DNA from: Chiloscyllium plagiosum
Lineage: Eukaryota
Assembly (NCBI RefSeq): GCF_004010195.1
Contig: NC_057752.1
Span: 7,216,063 to 7,280,062 of the forward strand
DNA length: 64,000 nucleotides
Reading direction: 5' to 3'
Shown: piece after piece, positions 38,889 through 52,556 of the stretch
Layout of the letters: every line of letters begins with the position of its first letter
How positions within the stretch are numbered: position 1 is the stretch's first letter
The notes under the pieces: model-generated
Told to the model about the DNA's origin: nothing
The model's input: only the letters and a program-made list of their open reading frames with translations
Database searches by the model: none
Program-made: the position numbers and the translations under genes

Positions 38889-39214
38889 CTGTTTTGGAAA
38901 ATTTACAGAATTAAAAGTTTATCTATTTCATATATATATACAGACACAGTTAAAACACCGAGAGAAGCTATCACAATCAGTAAACCACACTTGCGTGGAC
39001 TGCTCTGGATTCAATCAAATTTAAAGATAATTGTTTTCTTTCAAATCTAACAATTATTTCATGCATGCTGTAAAAGAACTTTTACTTTGCTGTAAAAAAA
39101 TCAAAATAAGTAAATATAAAGAAGGATATTCTATGAATTAATGAAAGCTTCCAGAGTAAAAGGACTTTTAAGTACGCTCCTCCACTTTACAAATGATTCT
39201 AATGCAATGAGAAT

Positions 39215-39855
39215 GCCATTGTCATTCATCTTAAGAGGACTAGAATATAAAAGCAGGGATGTACTTCTGAGGCTTAATAAGGCTCCGGTAAAACCACGTT
39301 TGGAGTATTGAGAGTTATTTTGGGCCCCATACTTCAGGAAAGATGTACTGGCCCTGGAGTGGGTCCAGAGGAGGTTCACAAGAATGATGGCATGAGCAAA
39401 AGGCTTAACATATGAGGAACGTTCGAGGACTCTGGGACTATACTCAATGGAATTTAGAACGGGGGGGGGTTGGAATCTGATTAAAACTTTCAGAATACTG
39501 AATGGTCTGGAGAGAGTGGATGTTGGGAAGCTGTTTCCATTTGCAGGAAAGAAGAGTATCTGAGAGCACAGCCTTAGAGTAGAGTAAAGGGAAGACTTTT
39601 TAGAATGGAGATGAGAAGCAACTTTTTTAGCCAGAGAGTGGTGAATCTATGGAATTCATTGCTACAGAAGGCTTTGGAGGCCAGGTCGAGTATATTTAAA
39701 ACTGAGATAGATAAGCTTTTGATTGCCACGGGGATCAAAGTTTACGTGGAGAAAGCGGGAAAATGGGGTTGAAAAACCTATCAGCCAGGATTGAATGGTG
39801 GAACAGACTTGATGGGCCAAATGGCCTAATTTCTGCTCCGATGTCTTATGGTCTG
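39215..39855 (+). mobile_element. CR1-group LINE 3' fragment (second subfamily)
   Basis: LEY...FWAPY.RKDVLALE.VQRRFTRM; tail gatgggccaaatggcctaatttctgctccgatgtcttatggtct. Confidence 0.85.
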
Positions 39856-41799
39856 TGAAATATTGGTGCAGGTTTGCCAGTACTGGAGGAGCACGCATAT
39901 TAAATGCTGAGCTTGGCAAAAGGCGACAGCTTCTTTTTAAGTTCCTCCTGGTGCACTGTTTGAGCTTCAAACTCTGGTGTGACGGCCTGTCTTAACTGGG
40001 CAGATCACCGGTTACTACTGACCACATCAGCAGTCATGCCTGGATAACTTTCAGGTACTGCTGGTACTTCTCAAAATCTTTGAGCATATATTCGCCTCAG
40101 TAAACATATTCAACAAATTATTGAGTGGTGAGTGAAGCTCCACTGAAGTGGAGAATGCAACTCATCACAGCAAATGCCCAACAACAGCTCCTTTTTGTTT
40201 TAAACTACTCAAAGGAAAGCCTCATGTTAAATCTTAAATTAAAATGGGTCACATTTCAGTCAAGAAAAACTGAAAATAAGTGAACAGTTTTTTTTTTGTT
40301 TTTACAGCCTCATAACTTCCAAGCAACAAGTTGTTATGGGGAAAATTCTCTACTTCATCGATTTAAAAAAAAGGAATGCTCATGTGACTCAGATTTTTGA
40401 TGAGTGCTTTTTTTTCATGTGGCATATGACACACTTTCAGCTTCACAGAAGAACAAAATACAAACACCGTTCTAACAGAACAGAAATTAAATGTGCATAT
40501 CTTAATGTAAAATCTAAATCGACAGCTTTAAGTTTGAATAGAACACATTGTATAGTCATCCTCAGTATAATGAGGGAACACACTGGCCCTTAAGATGAAG
40601 GTCTTTGAATATAATAATCCTGTAGCCTGCACTAGAAAATGAAGTTTTAGCACAGTCATTGGACAAATACATGGAAAAGTTACTTTACAGTGATGCAAAG
40701 TACAGAGAATGCTAGTTAATGTGAACATTTTGCAAAAGAACTTTTTTTGAACATTACTAATCATTACCTAAGATCATGGGATCATTGGGTGTATAGTTTA
40801 GCTTGGAGCTACCGGTTTATTTTCCCTTGTCCAGCTATCTTCCTCTTTAAGCATTGAAATTCCTTACAAGGCTTTGCTGAGGGGACGTAAACTCTAACTA
40901 GATAGTACTATACCAAAATTTTGATATGCGCTGTAAGTGAGGAGGGTAGGTTCGGAACTAAATAGACAGTGTGCCAAGCACCACAATCTACCCAGAAGCT
41001 ACCTTTTCCAAGGTTGAATGGAATTTCATTTGGAGTTACAAATTCTATTCTTCCTTCTCCCCCCCCCCCCCCCCTTCTCCCCCCCCCCGCCCCACTCCTT
41101 CCACAGATTAAAGTTGGTTATTATCCCAGCTGATGGTAATCCCAGAGTAAAACTGGCTTGATAAACCTTAAGTTTTATGCTTGCAATTTGGTTACCATGG
41201 TGGTCAGTCATTGAACAAATTCACAACAGGCTGCCAAGATAGTTTTAACAGAATAAAACAAAATATATTACACTGAATATTACACAGAAATAAAAACTCT
41301 GACGATTTGAAAAAATCTGGTCATAACATGTCAAAAAGAAAGATTCAATCATTTTTCCGAACAATATCCTTTCCAGACAGATACTCAACCCTGGTGAAGT
41401 ATCATACCTATCTTCATGCTTTAACTTCTTATTCAACTGATGGGTTTAGTGTCATTTACTTTTGGTGAATTTTGGTACATTCACCAGATGTGATTTGCTC
41501 TGTTACTGTGTCTGTATGTCTCAGGAGACAAGGAGAAAAAGTGAGGACTGCAGATGCTGGAGATCTCTCAACTCTTGACAAACAGACACAAGCTAACTCA
41601 CTGAACTCCAAGAGTAAAAACAAGTCAGGGCTTTTCTCAGTCTTGTTTACTTGGACGAAAACAGCAAAGACTTAGACTCCTTTCCAGTTCTGATGAGTAG
41701 ATACTGCCCTTCTGCTGGTATAGATCCTTCTCTCTTAACTGGATTTGTTTGTGGTCTCTCTCCATCTGTTGTGCTGGGTCATAGATATTAAATCAGAAA

Positions 41800-42810
41800 A
41801 AAGCCAGAAAACAGGCTTTTTGTTCCAACAAGTCCACGCCGATCATGTTCCCAAACTATGCCACCTGCCTGCATTTGGCCCATCTCCTTCCAAACCTTTG
41901 CCATTCATGTACTTACCCAAATGTCTTTTAAATGTTGTCGCAGTACCTGCATCTATCACTTTCTCTGACATTTCATTACACACACGAACCACTATTAAAA
42001 AAAAGTTGCCCCTCAAGTCCTTTTTAAATTTTTTCTTCTCTCATCTTAAAAATGCACCCTCTAGTTTTGAACTCCCCCACTTTAGGGAAAAGACCTTTTT
42101 ATTCACCTTATCTATGCCCCTCATGATTTTATACACCTCTATAAAAGGTAACCCCACAACCTCCTATATGCCAGTGGAAAAAGTCCCAGCCTATTTTTAT
42201 AACTCAAACCCTCCATTCTCAGTAACATTCTGGTAAATTTTTTCTGAACCCTCTTCAGGTTAATAATATCCCTCCCATAACAGGCAACCAGAACTGGACA
42301 CAGTACTCCAGAAGAGGCTTCATCAATGTCCTGTACTCAAAGGTCTGAGCAATGAAGGCAAGCGTGCTAAACACCTTAACCACCCTGTCCACCGTGTGAT
42401 GCAAACTTTAAGAATTATGTACCTGAACCCCTAGGTGTCTCTGTTCTACAAAACTACCTAGGGCCCTACCATTAATGGTATAAGTCCTGTCCTTGTGTTT
42501 ACCAAAATGCAATATCTCACATTTATCCAAATTAAATTCAATCCGCCATTCCTCAGCCCATTAACTCAATTGATCAAGACCTCTTTGCAGTCTTAGATAA
42601 TCTTTTTCACTTTGGTGTCATCCACAAACTTACTAACCATGCCACCTATATTCTATGCAAATCGTTTATATAAATAACAAACAAAAGTGGACCCAGTACC
42701 TATCCATATGGAACACCGCAAGTCACAGGCCTCCAGTCCAAAAAGCAACCCTCTATCACCAACTTCGGTCTCCTACCATAAAGCTAATTTTGTATCCAAT
42801 TGGCAAGCTT
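41800..42810 (-). mobile_element. CR1/HER1 LINE 3' fragment
   Basis: Reverse-complement similarity to 8697-10068 and 23097-23700. Confidence 0.8.
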
Positions 42811-43813
42811 ACCCCAAAACTCAGGACCCGTCCTGACTGATCAATGCCTCCATCGACTTTAGTAAATACTGCTGGAATCTCACCAGATAGCTTGTCCAGT
42901 CATTTAAGTTAGACGATTTCTTGGAAAGGCAGTTTTGACCACTGCTACAAAGAGTTTCTGACCTTCATAAAACACAAGTCACATTCACAGAACTAAATAC
43001 CAAAAAACAATTTACTTCTACACCCAAGTTCCCAAATAGCAAGAATAGATTATAGACCTTCAATCACAAGTTGCTCCCATTTATTACAATAACTGAGCAA
43101 TGTGAAAATTGAGGAATTGTAATGGCATTATGCAGTTATCATAGGGTTGAGGAGAAACAGTTCCATTCCACGAACTCAAATGAATATAGACAATGAAATG
43201 GTTCGCATACTTCTGATTGCGCTTCAATGTCTTCAGACACATGAAGGAAACAGAAAAATTCCAAAGCACAAAATGAATAAGGGCAGGCAATCATTACATT
43301 GAAGGTGCAAAGCCTTACTCAAGAAGTGTCGGATAGGTTTCAGCAAAGCAAATGCTGATACATTGGGCTGTTTTGAATTAAAATGTTTTCTTTAAGAATA
43401 AAAAAACATTCTATGCACAGTCCCTTTAACAACTTTTAAAAACACATTTAACATTCACATTATTTATCAAGAACAGCATTTTTGAAGAGGGGGTGGAGGG
43501 CAGGGTGAGAGACAATTTAAACATAACAGGGCTCCCATTTAGGATTGAAATCAGTAGGAATTTCTTCTGCGGGGGTCATTTAGTGTTTGAAATTCTCTTC
43601 CTCAGCAAGCCGGAAAGCTGGGTCATTGCACATATTCAAGGCCTAGTTAGACATATGGCTGGTGACAAAAGAGTTCAGGTATGGCAGCATGGCAGGAAAC
43701 TGGAGTTGATTCAACAATCAGAGCAGCCATAATCTTGTTGAATGACAGAGCATGCTCAAGAGGTTGAACAGCCTACTCCTGCTATTTTTTATTTTGCTTG
43801 CTTGCTTGCTTGT

Positions 43814-44134
43814 GGGCGGCACGGTAGCACAGTGGTTAGCACTGCTGCTTCACAGCGCCAGAGACCCGGGTTCAATTCCCGCCTCAGGCGACTCTGTGTG
43901 GAGTTTGCACATTCTCCCAGTGTCTGCGTGGGTTTCCTCCGGGTGCTCCGGTTTCCTCCCACAATCCAAAAATGTGCAGGTTAGGCGAATTGGCCATGCT
44001 CAATTGCCCGTAGTGTTAGGTGAAGGGGTAAATGTAGGAGAATGGGTCTGGGTGGGTTACGCTTCGGCGGGTCGGTGTGGACTTGTTGGGCCGAAGGGCC
44101 TGTTTCCACACTAAGTAATCTAATCTAAACTAAT
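43814..44134 (+). mobile_element. Full-length HE1-type SINE
   Basis: A box tagcacagtgg, B box ggttcaattcc, (TAATC)n tail. Confidence 0.9.
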
Positions 44135-44416
44135 GTGCTTCTGGACTGACGGATGGATGAATGGACTGATGTGTACCATTTAAGAATGGTATGCATCAGC
44201 GTCATCCAAAAAATACTGAAAATAAAAGGAGGGCAAATTTATTTTTCTCTCATCCATTGAGCAAAAAAGAAGAAAAAAAATTGTGCTAAGTAAACCAGGT
44301 AGACCTACATTTAGCCCCAACGTGAGTAATGAGATTAGCAAGGTAATGCTTGCATTCTATGCTGTACATAAAACCTTTTCAGATAACTGTGCAGAACATC
44401 CTCTCAGCTGGAATGT

Positions 44417-45098
44417 TTTTCATTCATTCACGAAATGAGGGCATCACTGGCTAGGCCAGCGTTTATTGCCCAGAAGGCAGTTAAGAATAAACCACATTGT
44501 TGGAGGTCTGGAATCACATGCAGGCCAGACCAGAGAAGGACAGCGGTCTCCTTCCCTAAAGGACATTGAGTCATAGAGATGTACAGCATGGAAGCACACC
44601 CTTCAGTCCAATTCATCCATGTCAACCAGATATCCTAAATTAATCTAGTCCCATTTACCAGCATTTGGCCCATATCCCTCTAAACCCTTCCTGTTCACAT
44701 ACACATCCAGATGAGTCTTAAAATCTTGTACTTGCACCAGCCTCCACTTCTACTGGCAGCTCATTCCATACACACACCACCCTCAGCATGAAAAGGTTGT
44801 CCCTTAAGGTCTTTTTTATATCTTTCCCCTCTCACCCTAAATCTATGCCCTCTAGTTCTGGACTACCCCACCCCAGGGAAATGACCTTGTCTATTTACCC
44901 TATCCGTGCCACTCATGATATAAACCTCTAATCATGGATAGGTTTTCCAACAACAAAAAGTGGATGCATAGTCAACATTGGACTCTTAATCCCAGATTTT
45001 TCCTGAATTTTAATTCCATGATCTGCCATGATGGGATTTGAACCCAGGTTCCCAGAACATTATCTGGGTCTCTGGATTAACAGTTCATTGCCTCCCCC
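44417..45098 (-). mobile_element. SINE made of the head and tail of the tRNA-headed LINE, interrupted by a CR1 piece
   Basis: Head ggggaggcaatg...gggttcaaatccc, collinear with 31547-31815, then tail gggcaataaacgctggcctagccagtgatgccc. Confidence 0.8.
44568..44930 (-). mobile_element. CR1/HER1 3' end nested in the SINE
   Basis: gagtcatagagatgtacagcatggaa is the reverse of the HER1-type tail. Confidence 0.85.
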
Positions 45099-47079
45099 AA
45101 TTATTACCCTTTACATTCAACTTCATCTGGTGATTATTAAGAACAAAATGTAATATTTTCTAATGACTGACTAAGTGTTGAAAATGGACACAATCTAGGA
45201 AAGGAAAACAAAGCAAAGAGCAAAACGAGGAGAGTGAAAAGTTGATACAAGTTCCATACTATGTGCATCTTCCTGCATCATGTTTTGGCTCCTGCCTGGG
45301 TGGACTTAGACTTTATGCACAATAGTATAAAGTCAGTAACATTTATACACATGAATGCAAATCTGAAGTATTAACTATGAAGCAGCTGAGCTATATGGGA
45401 CATCTTTCTTTAGAATATAAAAATTATTTGGTGAGGGCATGTTTATGTATTTAGTTACTCCATAAAAACGCACCATGTACCAAAATCCATGACCCATGTA
45501 ATTCAGACATTCAAAACTAAGAAAAACGAAGACATAAATCAAGGAGTCACAAAAATACAAAAACATACTCAAAGTTTTACAAGATTCTATTAATTTTCAT
45601 TTGACTTGCACTGTAACACAAAGTATGGTTTCATATTTGTTGAGCTATTGAAAAAATTTGAGAATGCAATTTAAATTAGGAGGCACAGCATCCTCTTTGC
45701 AGATGGACATTTGGGTTTTCACAAAATATGTGCATTCATCTTAAATACAAGTCTACATAGAATGAACAACAGAATAGCTGCATTCAAAATTAGTTTTAGC
45801 AACAGCAAACAAATGAAGGACAGAAAAACAATTACTCATCTTCAAGAATATTGGAGGCAGAAATGTATGAAATATTTTCTAAAAATCTAACTGTTTGTAT
45901 CTCCAAGGAATAACTCATCTCTTTTTTTACTCTTAGCATGTAATGTGGTCAGACAACTACTAAGGGAAGAGCAACATCACTGAAAGTAATCCACAAAAAA
46001 AGTGTATCAAAAAGATTTCAAAACAGAAACAAAAAAAATCTATGCCAGTAAATACATATGCTTGAATTAGTAAAAATTTGGGAATTGGGTGAAGCAAGTG
46101 TTAAATATGAAAAATCAAAAAGGTTTGGTTCTGATGACCCCCAAAGTATACAGACACCATTGAAGAGTAAATATCTTCTGGATGCACCTCAAAAGAAATT
46201 TTGATTTCAGCATGACAAAAGGTTACTTTAACCTTGTATAACTCAATGATATTAACAACAGTTGGATAATGTGCACAATTTAATTGAATGCATGTTGGCT
46301 GCCAAGGGGTTGTTTTGCAGAGACGTGCATTCAGGACTCGGGACTCAAATTTATGAAGGTTTATTTTATTTGTCAAGTCTCTGAATAATTTGAAGTATTT
46401 CAGTTTAAGAGAGTAATTAATGTGTGCAAAATACTGCCATTCATTCAATGCTACAGTAATTTCTTCCTTTAAAAAGGCGCTAGACAAATATTTGATAACA
46501 TAAGATTGAAAATTACTGGATTATGTACAAACACAGAAACTAGGAAACTCTATATGAATCTGATCCTCTACAGGGTATAAATATCAACGCACATAATCAT
46601 GGTTACATAACATTGGACCCATATGCAAGTTTTCCCACTCCATTTGTCAAATAGTTGACCCTGAAGGCACATTTCTCTTCTGGAAAACATTATCTGGCTA
46701 TTTGAAGTCTGCAGGAAATTGCTTAGGAAGAGTTCAATACTGAATGCAATTTGGACATGGTCCAGTAGAAAGATTATTTCAAGGAAGTTATTTTTAAATT
46801 CTATGCTCTGTTGCAAAGTAATGTATTATGTGCTGAAACTCACAGTCCTTACTGTTAGCCAAAATGCGCTAAATTGCTACACAAGAGAGGGAAAATTTTT
46901 AACAAGATGAAAAACACTCAGTTGTTCTCTGGATGCCAATCAGAAAAAGATAGAAATGTAAAAATAACGATTCCTAGTAAAGGTAGGCATTTTAGAAGAG
47001 GTGCGTATTATTCATACCCATAATTTACATTTGTAACAACTGTACTGTGTAACCTTTCTCTAGACTAACTTCACAAAAT

Positions 47080-47640
47080 TCCGAAACCGCACGCCGCCAC
47101 AACTTCTAGTGTGTTCGCTGTTATTCTGCGTGGAATAGAAAGATCCCCAAGAACTCAACCAAGACGATTTCGCATGCAGAAATTGTAAAAGGGAATAATT
47201 AATCAAAACGGCAAAGATGCGGATAAAACTGCCATGACACACGCACCCAGCGCAGCAAGCTTCAGTATTTATCTACGAATACACTGAGGTCATCATGCTC
47301 TGTGCGCAGTTACGTCAGTGCCAGTGTACGTGCAGACTGCCCCACCTTTATTTCAGAAATTAGTTTTTAAAAGCAATTACCAAAGTTCAACCAATGATCG
47401 GTACAATTTAGTTATTTTAAATTCAATTTATTACTAACAGGATGAGTCCTACCACATTGCCGAAAAGAAAATGCATACTGGTTGCATCACACTCACGCTT
47501 GACTAACACAAAACATTAACAGCACGCTGTTCGGTCACTCAGTCGTGACGTTGTACAACGCAGCGTTCCTGTGCTTACGCCCTTATTGCTCCACCTTGTG
47601 GTGGCAGCTACTCTTCAAATGCACGAATTATTCGAAACAT
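47080..47640. promoter_or_regulatory. CpG-retaining non-repeat segment; candidate promoter or enhancer
   Basis: Roughly 25-30 CpGs by eye in otherwise CpG-depleted DNA; TTACGTCA 47310, TACGTG 47327, TGCGCA 47303, CCAAT 47391, CTCF-like 47588-47601. Confidence 0.45.
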
Positions 47641-47801
47641 ACCTAATAATCAAACAATTCACTGTATGAAATGTTAACCCCTGCACCAGATGAAGACTTA
47701 TTCAACAAAAGCTGTTTAACCCCCAAGAAAATGTACAAAACCACCACAGTTACAGGTCTCCAGCAACACTTCATTTGAACAGAACACTGGTTTGAAATAA
47801 G

Positions 47802-48910
47802 ACACGTGCTGGTGTTGGACTGGGATGGACAAAGTTAAAAATCACAACCAGGTTAAAGTCCAACAAGTTTATTTGGAAGTACAAGCTTTCAGAGCGCTGC
47901 TCCTTCATCAGGTAGCTAGTGGGGCAGGATCATAGGACACAGAATTTACAGTAAAAGATCAAAGTCACATACAAGTGATGCAATGTATTGAACAAACCTA
48001 AATTGCTGTTAAGTCTTTAAATACTTAGAATGGCGATGTAGGTTTCGATTGATTAATATGCAAATCCCAGAGCTTCTTTCAAGTCACAATCCAGAGATAA
48101 CTTAAGGTTTTATAAAAGAAAGGTGACATCTCAGCTAAGAGAATACATTAAAGATGTGCGGTTAGAGTCCGTCTGAATCAGAGAGAGAGCAAGAGCGTGT
48201 GCGTGTGTGTCTGTGTGGGTGGCCAGGGAGTGTGTGGGCGTTTGGGCGTTCTTGATAAAGTGTGTGCATGAGTGTGACAGAGTGTGAGAGGGCACGTGTG
48301 TGTGTGTGTGCGCACATGAGAGCAAGACAGAGCCGGTGTATGAGTGTGTAGTGTACACTACACACACATACACACACAACCCATCAGACACACACTCATG
48401 CGCACACCCTCTCACAGGCACATGTAAGTCTATCGGGACAATTTACATTTACAGATACATTCTATTTTGTTCAAAAAGCACACAATCTGTAGGCAGTCAG
48501 TCCATTGACATTTTATAAATTCCTAGTTTGGAAATAGAACCAGTCTGACTCAAGGTTGATATACAGACATACTCTAATCGTACACCTTTAAACGCATTGT
48601 CTGAGCTGAGATGTCAATTCTTTTTAAAATAAAGCCTTAAGTTATCTCAGGCTTGTGATTTGAAAGGAGCTCTGGGATTTACATATTTATCAATCAAAAC
48701 CTACATCCCCATTCTAAGAGATTAAAGACTTAACAGCAGTCTAGGTTTGTTCAATCTATCGCATCAGTTGTATGATACTTTGATCTTTTACCATAAATTC
48801 TGTGCTCTATGATTGTGCTCCACTAGCTACCTGAAGGAGCAGCACTCTGAAAGCTTCTACTTCCAAATAAACCCATCGGACTATAACCTGGTCTTGTGTG
48901 ATTTTTTAAC
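47802..48910. mobile_element. 1.1-kb non-coding fold-back Penelope-type element
   Basis: 11-bp TSD tttgaaataag (47791-47801, 48911-48921); about 340-bp inverted arms; GT/AC-rich centre; hammerhead motif in the arms. Confidence 0.8.
47880..47914 (-). ncRNA. Minimal hammerhead ribozyme motif
   Basis: Minus strand tac CTGATGA a ggagc agc gctct GAAA GCTT gta; palindromic AGCT stem III. Confidence 0.65.
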
Positions 48911-50954
48911 TTTGAAATAAGCCTGCAGAGTCAGGAAACAAAACTTTCTACTGTCACAGCCAACAAGTATGCAGAAAACATGCATGCTGCATCATATATT
49001 CAGTAAGTTATAGGAGAAGACTGTGGAAACTTGAGTTTTTGTGTCTGAGAAAAGGGATCTGATCTGAGTGCTACACACAATAAGAAAATAAATTTCAAAT
49101 TAAATAGCAAACCAATAAAATAAAAACATTTAGAATTGATCCCAAGAAATTAATCTTCATGAACAGGATAATGGAACAGACTTCCTGAAAAACTAGCCAA
49201 ACCAAAAGACCTGGAGCCTCTTGTAGGGGGGAGGAAAAAAAAAAAAAGAGGCTTTGAAAGGTGGTGGTTTTGGGAATTGTTTTATATGAATGACCAAAGA
49301 TGGTTCAAATAATTTTAGTAACAAAAAAAAATAAAACCACTTTTGTTCCCCCCCACACTGAATAATATCATGGCGCTGAACTCTCAATTTCCTAGACAGA
49401 TTTGAACTACTGCATATTTAGAGTTAACAGAAAATAGACAGAAAAAAAAAAGAGTAGTTCTCATAATTTATACCAAACGTTATCCAATCAAATAACGCAA
49501 CGAGGATGACAAGTTATTGAACGTACACAGCCTTCCACCAACTTTACAGCAAAAAGAAGCCTCTAATGGAAATATCTTGTGGGAGGAGCATGGACAAATA
49601 TCAAGAATTAAAAAAAAAACACTAAATACAAAAGGATTAAATTCAAAGGGCTTATTTATTGCCAAAATCTGCACAACCAAAACTTAGTTTTCTGAAGATG
49701 CTGTTGTCTATATTTCTGTTAGTTCCAGAAAAAGAAGTCATTCTGAACAGTTCTATGAATGTTCAGTATGGCAACTCTGCATGCTGTAAACACTTCAGAA
49801 CAGATTCTGGATGTGTTTCAAATTTCACATTATAGCTATGCACTTTAGTTCCTGTTTGGCCTGCCTCAAATACTTGCACTTAAGACTACTGTCACATTGC
49901 CAACAAGGATATTGCATCCCTTTGTGCCCAAGGAAAAGCATTGTATGGGCTCATCATTCCGGCCATAAATGTTTGATTATTCATTGCTTTGTGCTTTAGA
50001 ATTTTGATCCTCCCTTTGAACTACAAGCAAAGATACTGGCATTTGTAATACACGTTATTGCACATTTTCCACAAACTCCAGGGCTTTGACAGCTCTTAAA
50101 ATAAAAGGTTGTGTAGAGACAGACAGACAAATCCAATCTGATCCAAAGATGAACATCCAAATGGCCTTTCTAGTCAGTATTACATCATAAAATCATCTAA
50201 CAATTGAACATTCCTAATTAGTGTTACCACAATAAGGTTATGCTTGGATTACAAATTACTAGCGTCATAGGCTTACTCAACCACACTTTCATTCAACTAG
50301 TCTTTTCCTAGCATACTCTGACAACGTCAAGAACAGACAGCCTATTTACTTTCTAAGTAATTTCTGCTATCCACTACATGGCGGTAGCATAAAGATTAAA
50401 ATCCATTTCAAATGAAAATTTTATATCTTACGAGGCATTTCCACCTACCATCACAACAAATATTTTCCTAAAAAGAGTTTCCTAGCTTGAAATCCTAATA
50501 ACACAGAATTCCATAGGGAAGGAAGGGGAGAAGTTAAAGTTGGCTAGAGAAAAGAGAGAATCCATGACCAACCATTTCATTTCAAAATACAATACTATGC
50601 TGTGGCGTGGAAACTCAATGATTGCGGTCTCTTTCCCAAAATCAGAGTCTGTGAAAGAGCTTGGCTTGGCCAATCGACTGATAATCATGATTTTGTGAAA
50701 TATCAGTACCTCTCAAAACTTGATCTGTGACGTCTACAAAGAATGCTCTGATGTACGTTTTCAATAGTCACCGCGCCCTTTTCAAATATAGCAAACAGAA
50801 ACGAACTTTTGTCAGAGACCTTTATCCTGTTATCAAAATTCCCCAGCTGTTTAGAGACAATGCTAAAATAACACACCCATATCTTAGAATTAGAAGCATC
50901 CACCTAGCAACAGGGCAAACAACACACTACCTGTTCTGTGGTGTTGCATAAACA

Positions 50955-52450
50955 CTGTAAAAGGAACTGGCCATTTAGCTCAATTAACCTGTTTTGCCAT
51001 TCAGTTAGATCATAGTTTATTAGTACCTCTGATTATGAGCAAAAATTGAATATCTCAAATTCCTCAAAATTTCAACTGATCCAGTTCTCAGTCTTTTGAG
51101 AGAGTCAGTTCCTGATTTCTGCAATCTTTTGTGAAAAGAGCTTCCTGCTTTCACTCTTAAATAAAGCAGGCCCAATTTCAACAGTGTGCCCTCTTGTTCT
51201 GATTGGCACATCAGAGTATATAGTTTCTCTGTATCTCAAGCTATCATTTTCCCATGGAATAAAAGCCAGATTCATGCAACTTACCTTAAGATGCCGAGGT
51301 AGACTTTGGCCATTTGGCCCATTGAGTCTGCTCTGCCACTAATTAGATCATGGCTGATCCGATAATCCTCAACTCCAATTTCCTGCCTTTTCCCTATAAC
51401 CCTCGATTCCCTTACTGATTTAAAACTGTTTATCTCAGTCTCAAATAGACTTAACAACCCAGCTGCTACAACCCTCTACAGTAAAGAATTCTACAGATTC
51501 ACTACCCTCTCAGAATTAAATTTCTTCTTATCTCTGTCCTAACTGAGCGACCCCTCACTCTGAGATTTTGCCTCTGGTCCTGCACTTTCCCACAGTGGAA
51601 AGCAACATTTCCTCCTTCACCCTGTCAAGCCCCCTAAGAATTTTATATGCTTCTATCAGGTTGCCACTCCTTCTTTTAAATCCCTAAGAATACAAGCCCA
51701 ACCTACTCAACCTTGCCCTCCACACTTGGTATCAGCCTAATAAACCTTCTCCGGACTGCATCCAATGTCAGCATTTCTCTCCTTAAATAAGGGGGACCAA
51801 AACTATTCACAATATTCCAGATGAGATCTGACTAGTACCTTGCATAGTTTGAGCAAAACCGCTCTCCATTTAAACGTGAACATTTCATTTGCCTTCTCGA
51901 TTACCTGCTGAACTTAGATACTAGCTTTCTGTGATTCATGCATGTGGATCCCAAAACCCCTGAATGCTACAGCTTTCTCCGTTGAAACCAAATTCAAATC
52001 TTAAGATTCTCTCTGCCAAAGGGTATGACTTAACTGGTCTATATCTCTCTGTAGACTCTTCTTGTGATCCCCTTCACTTGCCTTTCCACTTATTTTTGTG
52101 TCATCCAGCAAGTTGCAGTATCATTTTGGAGAATCTATACTGTATCCTCTCCAAGACCAATATATCCCTCCTGAGATGCACTACCAACACTGAACACAGT
52201 ACTCTAGATGGGATCTGACCAAGACTGTACAACTGAAGCACAACTCTCACCCTTTTGTATTCCCGCACTGTTGAAATAAAAACTCTTGACATTTCATTTG
52301 GCTTTTTAATTTCTTTTTGTAGCTGCGCACTAGCTTTTAGTGACCTCATACAATATGAGGGAATATTATTCTTGGAATGGGGGCAAGGATGAGGCATGAT
52401 CTTAATGAATACAGAACAAGCTCAAGGGCGAATGTCATACCTCTGTTCCT
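50955..52450. mobile_element. Cluster of old CR1-group 3' fragments, mostly minus strand
   Basis: Tails at about 50955 and 51290; ORF 52101-52397 LRRDILVLERIQ.RF. Confidence 0.7.
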
Positions 52451-52556
52451 ATTTGCAAAACCCTATTAGATGTTGTGATCGCGTATGTATACTTCTTTCC
52501 TTAGGTTCTCACAATTAAAAAACAAATGTTTTTCCATCGCATAAAATATAAAATGG

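Noticed and set aside
41059..41094. Poly-C runs (also poly-G at 37329-37341) as G-quadruplex elements
   Set aside because: Simple homopolymers prone to slippage and sequencing error; no other support.
41690..41720. Isolated CTGATGA
   Set aside because: No stem II or downstream GAAA, and no convincing C/D snoRNA partner box.
43084..43290. LKRNQK peptide as a candidate SPATS2 first exon
   Set aside because: The GT donor would fall in phase 2, which does not fit the phase-1 start of exon 38888.
43814..43885. tRNA gene-like A and B boxes (also 14072, 18060-18133, 31547)
   Set aside because: These are SINE or LINE heads continuing into repeat bodies, not tRNA genes.
50710..50733. Possible 24-nt minus-strand micro-exon (tttgtag...gtactg)
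   Set aside because: Weak donor; such pairs arise by chance and there is no transcript evidence.
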